DNA of 64,000 nucleotides from Paraspadella gotoi (lineage: Eukaryota; Animalia; Chaetognatha). The position numbers were made by a program, and so were the translations under genes. The DNA is taken from the NCBI GenBank assembly GCA_051294375.1, contig CM119265.1:10557042-10621041 (forward strand), given 5' to 3'. Positions 54,473 through 64,000 of the stretch are shown in pieces (within the stretch, counting starts at the first letter, position 1; each line of letters begins with the position of its first letter). The notes beneath the pieces are model-generated. The model worked only from the letters and a program-made list of their open reading frames with translations. It did not search any database and was not told the DNA's origin.

Positions 54473-57400
54473 TTAATACATCATCGCCAAATCAGAGTTT
54501 TCGATTTCCTCATCGGTCAGATCCAGCGCCGAGGCAGAGACTAGTCGGTCCAGACGAGCCTTCATCGAATTTCCGACGCTTTCGGCCGCCGCGGCGCCTC
54601 CCACGCCCTCTCGCTTCTTGAAACCCCCGTCGTCATCCTCGTCGTCGAGGAGGTCTTCGCCGTTAAGGGTCGAAGTGGAAATTCCCGCCGACATTTTTCC
54701 GGGACCGTGGTACTTAGAGGAATTGCCTCTCGCCAAGGGCGATGTGGGTCCTAAGGTTAACCGAGAGAAAGGATCTGAGAATACGGAAAACTAAATCATC
54801 TCACAGACAAAAATCTTTTACCCAAACTGAATCCCGAGGGAGATCTGCACCTCCTCGTTGTCGTCGGCGTTCGAAACCCGTCGGCTCCGATGTCGGAAAC
54901 ACCCATCGTGGCTGCACCGTTTCCGGAGGCGGAAAAGGCGAAGGGCGACATCGATACGCAACGCTTAAGCTTTTTGGGTGTCCGCGAGAAAGAGAAAGCG
55001 CGGGAGACTCGCTTCGACGTCTTGGTAGCGTATCTCTTAAACTTGGTGAAGGCGGGAATGCCGATGTCCGAAGTGACGATCTCGAGCTCGCGCGGTTCTT
55101 GCGTCACCAGCAACTCGGAGTGATCCGTCATGCACATCGTGTTGCCGATATTTTTGGAGAGGAGGGCAAGGAAGGATTCTTTGGAGGAATCGGAGTCGAC
55201 CAAGTTGAAGGCGTACATCTTGAGGTCGGCGTTGCCGTGGCGATAGACGAGGGCGAAGAGAGACTGGCACTCTTCTGTGTCGCGGACATCTACGACGCGC
55301 TGAGAAAAATAAAACGTTGCTGTCGATAAAAACTAAGCATCATCTTAGAAATTTCAGTAAAGTTTCGTTTTGAGTCAAGGTTCAGGCGAGAATATGAAAT
55401 TGAGTTTGGTAAAAAAACTTTGGACGGAGATTTCATACCTTAATATGAGCAAGCGGGAGGATTTCAAGATGTTTATAACTTTTTGTCGGCGTTTTAGCCA
55501 TAGAGGATACGGAAGGGCTCTTAACTGAACCGGTCCTGGCAGCTCCGCGACGTTTGCACAACTCCAGGGTGTCGCTGATATACATCAAATCAGAATGAAA
55601 ATAAATACCTAAATCTCTTCAAAGCTTTCACCAAAGAAAAAAAATTACCTAAAAAGAAAGAGAGAGACGTTGTCCCCCTTTCCGAGCAGGTCGTCCGTGA
55701 CTTCGATGGCGTCTACCTTGGCCAAAAAGGAGCGATGAGACGAGAGGAGGTAAGGAGGGACATTGTCGATGTCATTGATGACGTCGAACATGGCCATGTG
55801 CCCCTCCGTCTTGCGCTTGCACTCGTTGATCGAGTTCATTGTGCCCTTGAGCGAATTGATGGCCTTGTCGAGGGCCACGTGATCGTCTAGCCTCTTGTCC
55901 GTGTGTTTGAGGATGTCGCCGAGGAGGAGGACGACGGAGGGAAGCCTCTGCAAAATATAAAAGTAAAAATCAAATTTAATATTAAAAAAAAATCATCCCG
56001 TCCCCCGTCCCCAAACAACCTGAACGGGCCTAATAAGCAACTCGATAAAGCTCTGCCTTCCGCACTCTGGCCTCGATTTGGCCAGCATAAGGAACGCGTG
56101 GAACCTCGGTCTGTCTCGGTCCATCTTCAAGATGGCGGCTTTGGTCGTTTCAAAGAAATTGATAAAGGTTGGATAAGCCTTAAGAAATTCGTCGGTGTGC
56201 TTGAGGATGACATTGCCGAGAGACGCGTCCTCCGTCCAGCTCTCGACCAGATCGTCCAGTTCCTTGAGCATCTTGGAATGCACTTCGAAGATGGGCCCGA
56301 TGTGGCCGAAGATGAGCTTGACCTCGGCGGCGTCGAGGACGGCCCCTCCGGTCTGACCCTCGTTTTCCAGTTCGTCCTTGAAGGTCATGATCGTTTTCAG
56401 GATGCTCACGTAGTTTTTCTCGGTCTGCAAGAGTTCTTTGGCGACCATTTGCCGTTTAGACATGGACGCGGTCGCGCCGACCCCGCCCGTCGTGGCGAGG
56501 GCTCCGGACGGAAGGCACTTGTCTTTTTTGGCTCCGAGGCGATCTTCGGTGGGAGTTGCGCTGAGCGCGTCGGGGGTGGCGTCGAGGGAGAGGCCGGAAA
56601 GGGACATGCCACTCTTGTCGGCGGCACTGAGGCGCTTCTTGGAGGCGCGAACGTCGAAAGTTGGAGATTCGAAGCTTGACAGACCGTTGTCCCCGCCCTG
56701 TGGATCAACGAATGATGAAAACTCAAAAGTTTATCTAGTCAACTTGACGTCATCGATTACCTGCGCCAAATGGGCTAAATTTTCTTTCAGCGCCCGGCGT
56801 TTTCGACTGGCGCTCGTGAGGTGACTCCGGGGACTCGTGGGCGTTCCCGGCGTCCGACGGCAATGCGCGTAATCGCCGTCTCTCGCGTACACGTAGAGCG
56901 CCTCCTCCGCCTTGCAGGTCATATGGATGGATCCCCAGAACCATTCGCTCTTGACGACGTGATACTGGGCGTACTCTTCGTCAGTGAATTCCCCGCGGTA
57001 GTTGGCGTCGTCGACGAGGAGGTGGGTGACGCGAGGGTCGTGGCGCGGAACGCAGGTGGCGGCGTTGGCCTCCGCCGTCTCCTCCAGATGTCGCTGTTCT
57101 TCTTCGGCGAATCCGACGAAGGTGAGGAAGCAGCCGAAAAAGACCGGGAGACGGTGGGCGGTGAGCCAGGTCTCCTCGGTGGCGAGGAGATCGGCGTCAT
57201 CGCGACGCTCCCACGTGTCGCGAATCCAGGTGACGTCCATGATGGGTCGACCCATCGACACGGCGAGGCGGTACTTTTCTCCTGAAGTGTGATTGGCAAC
57301 GAGGTGGGTCACTTTGGATGAGTTGGACATATCCTTGCGAACTGTGCCGCCCATGTGGTGAACGAGGTTGACGAGATGGCTGACAGTTAACGAAAAATGT

Positions 57401-58006
57401 TCATTTAAGCGTTTCATTGCAGTTGGGAGAAATGAAAGAAAGCGGGAAAGAACGAAATATAAAGACACTTCTGAAAGAGTCCTAACGACCATTCACCTTA
57501 ATTCCTCCTTGCTCTTAAATCCCGTAAAACAGAGCGTCACGTCAGACATGGCGTTGGTGTAGAGAGGGCGCGCGTTGTTGGGAAATTCCAGGGAGAGTTG
57601 GGCGAGCTGAATGACGAGCGTTGGTCCCATAACTTGGGCGTTGCAAGCTCGAAGGGAATTATAAATCTGGCCCTTGAAAAGAGTTTAACAAATAAAATAA
57701 ATAAAATAAAACTATACAATTGTAAGGCGCCAACATACGTATTTTCTTCAACCCCTCTACCTGAAAGTCGTGCAGGACATATGCCATCCTCACGTCAGAG
57801 TTCCTAGATCCATTTGGTTCTGGAATGGCGTCCACGTAGCAGACAGAAAGACTAAGCTTTTTGGCGGCGTCTTTGAAGTGCTGATTGGCGCGAAGCTCGG
57901 GCCCAACCGCCACGATCTGAACCTCGCGGAATGACTGCTCCACAATCTCGTCGACAGTCTCTAAGAGGCGGGAATCGCCCGCTGGCAGCGACGTCATCGA
58001 CGCCAT
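54473..58006 (-). CDS. ECT2: RhoGEF ECT2/Pebble (BRCT repeats, DH, PH), multi-exon
   Basis: LVHHMGGTVRKD, THLVAN...GEKYR, EWFWGSI, ELLQTEKNYV, AYPTFINFFE, PECGRQSFIELLIRPVQRLPS, KRVSRAFSFSRTPK. Confidence 0.95.
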
Positions 58007-58551
58007 CTTTGTTGGCTTGGTTGAAACTTGACAAACCGAAGCGAGTTTTTATGATTTCTTGTGATCGAACATATCTATTTTCAAATATAAAAAAAATCAT
58101 TGCATAAAAATGTAATTAAGGAACATTAGTCAACAATATATATATAAAACGAACATTGGAAGGCAAGAAGGTGATTTTTAAAAAAAAATGATTTCAATAA
58201 AAGATAATAAGTACGTACAATTCTCTTAGTAATAAAAAAGATAAAACGAATAAATACTAGTGTTTTTCCACAAAAAAAAAAAAAATAAAAAAATAAAAAC
58301 AAACCGCAATAACTAAAATCAATGTGAACATGATAAATATTTTTTTTCTACAAATACAGTACGAGGTGAGTAAAAAAACACGCGAATACAATTGAATTGA
58401 AGGCACGACTTAGTTCTGGGAATTTCACGCACAGCCTCTGTGTCGGTCAGAATGTCAGATTAAATGTATATTAATTCTAGAAATAATGCTGGAAAAATTT
58501 TACTCTAGCCTCTCAACGTCTAAAAGACGCTATAAGATACTATTCAATAAT

Positions 58552-60885
58552 CTAGACGTTTTTTACTTTGGGCTCGTCGGCATTGACGGATCCCTCGGCC
58601 GCGCCCACGTTTGCGCCGTGCTCGGCGATGATCTTTTGTTGATTGTACTCGAAGAGCGCTTGCGCCAATTGACGCCGCGACGCCAAACCTTCCGTTTGAC
58701 GGGCGATGCACTCTTGGTAAAGATTCTCCGCCATCAGCGGGTTGCAATCCTTGAATTTGTAGTGGAACTTGAGAGAAGGCTCGATTGCACGAAAAACGTG
58801 AAGGGTCGTCTTGAGGAACATATCGAAGATGTCGTATTTGGGGATGATCTTTGAAGAGCCCGTCATAGAGACAGGTACTTCGTCGGCGATTTTCTCGCGC
58901 GCGGCGGCGTAATCAGAGTTGTAGAAACTGACGTGGTCGTAGGACCGCTTATCAAAGTGTCCGTAGTCCTTCTTCACCTCCACCGTCTTTGGGTAAGGCT
59001 TCTCCTTATAAATGAGATTCGGTTTGTACTCCATGAAACCTATGGGAAAGAAGACCTGCCAACCCTGGATGGTGTTCATCCGCACGCGGTTGAGAAATTC
59101 AGCGTTAAGTTCCATCCCGACGGAGCCCAAGAGCAAGAGGGTGTTGGGCTGCATCTTGGCGGCGACCTTGTCGAGGATGGTGAACTGGGAGGCAAAGTTG
59201 GGATGGAGGCTCATGTAGGAAAGCTTGGCGCCGTTTGAATACTTGCTCTCGTAATAATTGACCATGGACTTAAGAACCCCGAAGGCGTCGGATTCGGAAT
59301 TCTCAGAGTCTTCGGTGGGGTCGTAGACGAAGACGATGTAGAGGTAAGTGTTGTCGCCTGTGTCGAGGCAATTGTGGGCGTAGGAATCGAAGAAGGAGAC
59401 GACAGAGTCGCGCTCGCCCATCGTCACAGGCAAGACGATTGTCACCCTCGTGTTCTCCGTCACGTACGGCATCGGTACAATCTCCACCTGACTCAGCGGT
59501 CGCATTAGTTCAACTCGGCGGTGCACCTCCACATTCCTCGAGTTGTCCTTCAACGCCAAATCAAGGATGTACTCCATTCCTCGGGAATGATCGAACCGAC
59601 GGTAGCCGTTAAGCAACCGAAGTTTGGTGTACTTGTCCTCGTATTTCTCGTTGAGTTTTTTCAGTGAATAATCGATGACTTGGTCGACGTCCTCCTTGTC
59701 GGCTCCGTGAAGCGGACTCACGTTGGTGAAGTCGTCCTCCAAGTAAATGTGTTCCTCGGTGAAGTAATCCCAGCGAATCACGTCGAAGCGGGACTTGGGC
59801 TTGACGGGCGGTTGGACCCCGATGGGCCAAGGGATCTCCTTTTTTTCCTCAGGCAAATTTTTGGCGTTGTCGAGGATCTTCCGCTGCAGGTCGGAGATTT
59901 CCGCGTAGGTCTCCTCGATCTCCGTCTCCATCATTCGCTTGTGAATCTTGAACATCGAATGTTCGTCTTTTATTTCGTTGATGGAAATGGCTTGGAATAA
60001 GAGAGGCTCCTTGTGGAGCTCCTTCAAGATTTTCTGCTCCTGTTCCAAGTCCATCTCCGGACTGTAGTAATGAGTAAAGTTGTAACCGTTGACGCTAGTT
60101 TGACAGGGAAGGCTGGTGGAGTGCAAGATGCATCTGCCAATGTTGTCGCCGTGGTCGGCGGAGAAGGCGTTCTTGGTGCACCAATCAAGTTGCGCGAATA
60201 TTTTGCCGAGGACGCTTTGCGAGAGGACGATTCCCGCGGTCAATTTACAGTAAACTGAATGTTCGTCGTCCTCCGGGTATCCCAAGTAAATCTCTTGACT
60301 GATGGAAATGTGAGAGACCAAATCGAAGAGTTTCTCGCCTCGCACGTAAGTGTTGTCAGTGACGATGTAGAACCAATCGTAGTTGTCTAAGTAATGTTCC
60401 GACAAATACTTGATCATGTGAAAAGGTTTGAGAATCGTTCGATCGTCGGTGAAGGAAACGATGGAGAGGCCGGTCGGCAGCGACGAGGCTCTCGAATTCA
60501 TGAAGAAGACCAACTTTGAGACGTAAGGGGAGAGGGTCTTGTTGAGGGCAACCCCGAGCGTGGAGACCGTCTCCTTCGAAGTCAAAACAGCAACGAAGAG
60601 TTTCTCTCTGATCCCCAACTCGGTGGAAGCGTATCTGGGCCGGATGAGCTTCTGCGGCTCCTTGAGTCTCTTCTTGGGTTTTCCCTTCAAATTGATTCGC
60701 GGTTCGTAATCGTCGGTCACCGCCTGACCCGCTCCGAAGCCGTCCTTCAGTCCACCCACGCTGAGATTACATCGCTCGTCCAAAAAGTCGGAAAATATGA
60801 GACTGGAGCCGAAACCGAGGCACAAGCCCAACACCATGGGCCAGTAAGGTTTGAGCACTTTGTAGGACTTAGTTAAGAAACCCAT
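58552..60885 (-). CDS. CHPF: Chondroitin polymerizing factor / chondroitin sulfate synthase 2, single coding exon (777 aa)
   Basis: Type II TM, RPRYASTELGIREKLFVAVLTS, SRFDVIRWDYFTE, NGYRRFDHSRGMEYILDL, FLNRVRMNTIQGWQVFFPI. Confidence 0.92.
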   Translation of the reverse strand: MGFLTKSYKVLKPYWPMVLGLCLGFGSSLIFSDFLDERCNLSVGGLKDGFGAGQAVTDDYEPRINLKGKPKKRLKEPQKLIRPRYASTELGIREKLFVAVLTSKETVSTLGVALNKTLSPYVSKLVFFMNSRASSLPTGLSIVSFTDDRTILKPFHMIKYLSEHYLDNYDWFYIVTDNTYVRGEKLFDLVSHISISQEIYLGYPEDDEHSVYCKLTAGIVLSQSVLGKIFAQLDWCTKNAFSADHGDNIGRCILHSTSLPCQTSVNGYNFTHYYSPEMDLEQEQKILKELHKEPLLFQAISINEIKDEHSMFKIHKRMMETEIEETYAEISDLQRKILDNAKNLPEEKKEIPWPIGVQPPVKPKSRFDVIRWDYFTEEHIYLEDDFTNVSPLHGADKEDVDQVIDYSLKKLNEKYEDKYTKLRLLNGYRRFDHSRGMEYILDLALKDNSRNVEVHRRVELMRPLSQVEIVPMPYVTENTRVTIVLPVTMGERDSVVSFFDSYAHNCLDTGDNTYLYIVFVYDPTEDSENSESDAFGVLKSMVNYYESKYSNGAKLSYMSLHPNFASQFTILDKVAAKMQPNTLLLLGSVGMELNAEFLNRVRMNTIQGWQVFFPIGFMEYKPNLIYKEKPYPKTVEVKKDYGHFDKRSYDHVSFYNSDYAAAREKIADEVPVSMTGSSKIIPKYDIFDMFLKTTLHVFRAIEPSLKFHYKFKDCNPLMAENLYQECIARQTEGLASRRQLAQALFEYNQQKIIAEHGANVGAAEGSVNADEPKVKNV

Positions 60886-61732
60886 GATTGCCGTCGCCTT
60901 TTTTTAGTTGGGAATGCGGTAGGGGATTTAGTTCATCTTCAACATTTATTTCAATTTTTAAAATGCTTCACTTTTTCATAGTATTGGCCTGGGAAGAATA
61001 TAGACAGAATAAAACCTAACGAGATAATGATAATACGTCTAAATCCGAATTCATAATAAAAAAATCAATTGCCACATAAACTACGTACCTCAAAGAACCT
61101 GATGAAGTAATCGTTTTTGAGAATCACAATGAATAGACAAAACTTAATTTAAAAAGTAAATAATGAAACGACGAGCGGAATATTTTCAAAAAATTCAACT
61201 CCTGGAATAACAATAGAGTTTCTGAGTCAGTAGCGCTCTCTTCAAGACGCTTGAAGACTCAAGGTTCTAAACAAAAGGCTTCAATCGATCTTTGTACACA
61301 TCGCCCTTTCATTTTTGCTTCAATTCAAAAGACTCAGCTCGATCGAACTATACTACAAATACAAATTTAGATAACCATAATTAACCATATTGCAAAAGCT
61401 ATGGGTAACCTTCTGCCATGACCTATCCTTCAATGTCTAAACAGTTAACCATGTCACAACTAACTAATTTTAATCTTTATATTTCTTATTTATTAACACT
61501 TAAAAATCTAAAAAAAGATATTTCACCAAAATATTTAACAAAAATATTTATCCATTCGCTTAGATTTTTTTCTCTTTTCGGTTGTTGCTTCAGACAAATT
61601 TTTCTCTTTTGTAAAAAGTTTGTCAGCTTGCGCTACTTAAATTTAATTTTAAAGTTAAATTTTCTCTGATTAAGACGTGTTTTATTTCAATTTCTAAACT
61701 ATTATTAATACTAAGAGCGATAGACTACAATT

Positions 61733-63340
61733 TTAAGGATCCTTCCGTGGCAGAGAGGGAGCCGTGGGTGGCGCGGAGGCTCCGTCGATTTCAGGCAAAT
61801 CCTCTCGCGATCCCATTGAACTCCCATCGATGCCGGCGGAGAGCAATTCCAGGGAGGTCGTTTCTATTGAAAAAGGAGGAGAATTAAAAGTAACTACTTC
61901 GCCACCGTAATTTGACTATCAGAATCACTGAAACTTACCAGCGTGAGGGTCCATTTGAATTTGGAGACGATCGCTGTCTTCCTCCGGCAGTGCCTCGTCC
62001 GAAGTGGGTATACCGTGTGGTCCTAAAGAAATTTAAATGTTACGTTAACCTAAAGATCCTTTCGGGATTGACTGAACAAAAACTTCTTACCAATCGCTAG
62101 ACTTGGGTCAATAATTACATTCTTTTCACTTATGTTTTCCAAATAATCTTTGTAGGCTGGAGTCAATAAATCCGCTGATTTAATACATTGCGTTAAAGAG
62201 TAGCCCACGGAGAGATCCTCTTCCTCTGTAAACAAACTCGAATGGAAACAGGTTTGCCTAGTTATATCTCTAACAGTAACATTTAAGGAATTATTACAAA
62301 CATATTTTACTTTCTGAATATATTGTTCAATATAGACTCACCACCGGCCGTCCATTCATCTTGTGCTATGTACATTAGAGCCGGTATACAATATTGAGCT
62401 ACGCCATATTCGTCCGGTTCATGGCAATTAATCATCCAAACGGGAAGCATTATATGTTCGAAATGCTAAAAAGCGTCAAAAGAATGTTTTCACTGTTGCT
62501 TAATCGTTCAACTTATGTATTACATTCTCCGCTGACTTACTTGTGGGTACCCCACATGCTTATCTAAAGTTTTTAGCTCAACTTCCCTTATGCAGTAGAC
62601 GATTCCTTCTACAGATGTATAAGGATTGAATTCAATGTTTGGAAAGCCACCAGCTGCTGGATCCTCTCCTTTAAAAGGAAAACTAGCATGTAAGAGAAAT
62701 ATATGAAGAAATGACAAGTCCAAATCGGAAAATTACCTTTTTTATTAAATTTTAATTGGAAACCAAACAAAAGACCCCAGAATCTTTTTCGCATACTTCT
62801 TTCTAAGTAGGTTGACATTCTGTAACAAGAAAAAAGTAGTATTCAATGAAAGTGGACGTCCGAAAAGGAAAATTAAATGCAACATATTGATTTATACCTG
62901 TCAGGATTCATATCAAGACCATAAGCGAAGTAATACAAATAGCCGGGCGGAGGTTTGGCATTAACCCGAAAACAGAGAGGAGGATACGGCGCGATTGGTT
63001 CAGGACCATCGTCCTTCGGATTTCTAAATTATTATCTTAATTATTTTAAAGAAAAGAAATTAAGATTGAATAAAGCCGTATTAGTAATACGACTAATTAT
63101 GATTATTATGATTATTATTATTATGATTATTATTGATTATAAGATTTATTATATTAAGAATGAATAATGCCGTATTAGTAATACGGCTTTCATCAAAGAC
63201 TAACATGCGTGTTTTATGGGCAAAATTCAATCTCCCTTATCTTTCTAGTAAAAATTATTAATTCTCAAGATAATTTCTTGCGTCTTACTTTTCCTTTAAA
63301 ATAAGTTTTTGAGCCAACATTGAAGGCAGATTGGGCCCGG
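61733..63340 (-). CDS. Gamma-glutamylcyclotransferase-like domain protein, multi-exon; 5' end uncertain
   Basis: Spliced exons YLYYFAYGLDMNPDR, GFQLKFNKKG, VEGIVYCI...LDKHVGYPQ, ALMYIA, AYKDYLENI; in-phase exons run to a stop at 61733. Confidence 0.65.
63074..63190. repeat. Small intronic element bounded by palindromes GCCGTATTAGTAATACG(A/G)C with an (ATT)n interior
   Basis: Palindrome at about 63076 and about 63169. Confidence 0.6.
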
Positions 63341-64000
63341 ACCTGTAAGCACATATTACATTAATTTCAAAATCGGATTTTTTGGTAAAAAAATTTAATA
63401 GGAAAACTTACTCGTTAGACATTGTCGCTTACATAAAGACTTAATTGATGAAAAGGGGTTACTAAAACTAGACACGATAAACAAGATCCGCGTCTGGCTA
63501 CCGAGGAGCATCATGAAATCTCTAATCTCGAGTCAAATCTCAAGAAGGGAAAGAGGAGCTTTGGTGACGTCATCCTGAAAAAGTCAAATCTGATAAGGAA
63601 GAACTAACGACGAGCTTATATCAAACTCTAGCAAGCTTTTTAAATAAATTAGCTTATATGGTAAAAAAGCTCAATTATAAACTAGTAAACAACATTATGT
63701 TATTTATTATTCGTGTAAAAGGCAAAATCTTCAGGAACTACAATAACAGGAGTATGCCCATTAGTATAGGCGTGGAACTGGTTTATGTTTATAAAAAAGC
63801 CAAATCTTACGTTTTACTTTTAGTCACAGTACCCAAACCCAATATTAATAGGGTAGTGCGGGGTAATTCGGAACACTTTTTGAAGTATTCAAATTTTTCA
63901 CATACACTGCGGCTCAAAAAAAAAGAAGACACTCGTTAGCTTTAAATACCTATTTCTTTATCAATTTTGATAAAATATTTATGAAAAATATAACTTTTTT

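Noticed and set aside
55903-60258. Long plus-strand ORFs opposite ECT2 and CHPF (similar ones lie opposite the P450s)
   Set aside because: Antisense shadows of GC-rich coding exons with no domain signal.
61080-61100. TTTGAG|GTACG on the minus strand as a spliced-leader RNA gene
   Set aside because: It pairs naturally with the acceptor at about 60989 as a CHPF 5' UTR intron, and I saw no convincing SL RNA structure.

Overview
This is invertebrate animal genomic DNA with GC/CpG-rich exons and AT-rich introns. Fourteen protein-coding genes lie head-to-tail on the minus strand: a death-domain caspase, RUVBL2, two intronless CYP2-clan P450s, RAD1, FUZ, TMEM179, WIPI2, ITFG1/LINKIN, morgue (zinc finger/F-box/variant E2), SAMTOR/BMT2, ECT2, CHPF and a GGCT-like gene. 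Spacers are mostly 0.4-0.9 kb, which suggests operons with trans-splicing. The only clear plus-strand gene is a MARCH RING-CH ligase nested in a RUVBL2 intron. The most striking non-coding signal is a family of six fold-back insertions. They carry minimal hammerhead ribozymes with covarying stems (five complete cores) and a covarying 3' stem-loop tail, and several have target-site duplications, consistent with non-autonomous Penelope-like elements. Also present are a DIRS-like element (ITRs plus ICR), TA-flanked MITEs, tRNA-derived SINEs, a probable assembly-artefact palindrome between two 25-N gaps, and an apparent frameshift in SAMTOR. All gene calls come from motif recognition by eye; no searches were run.
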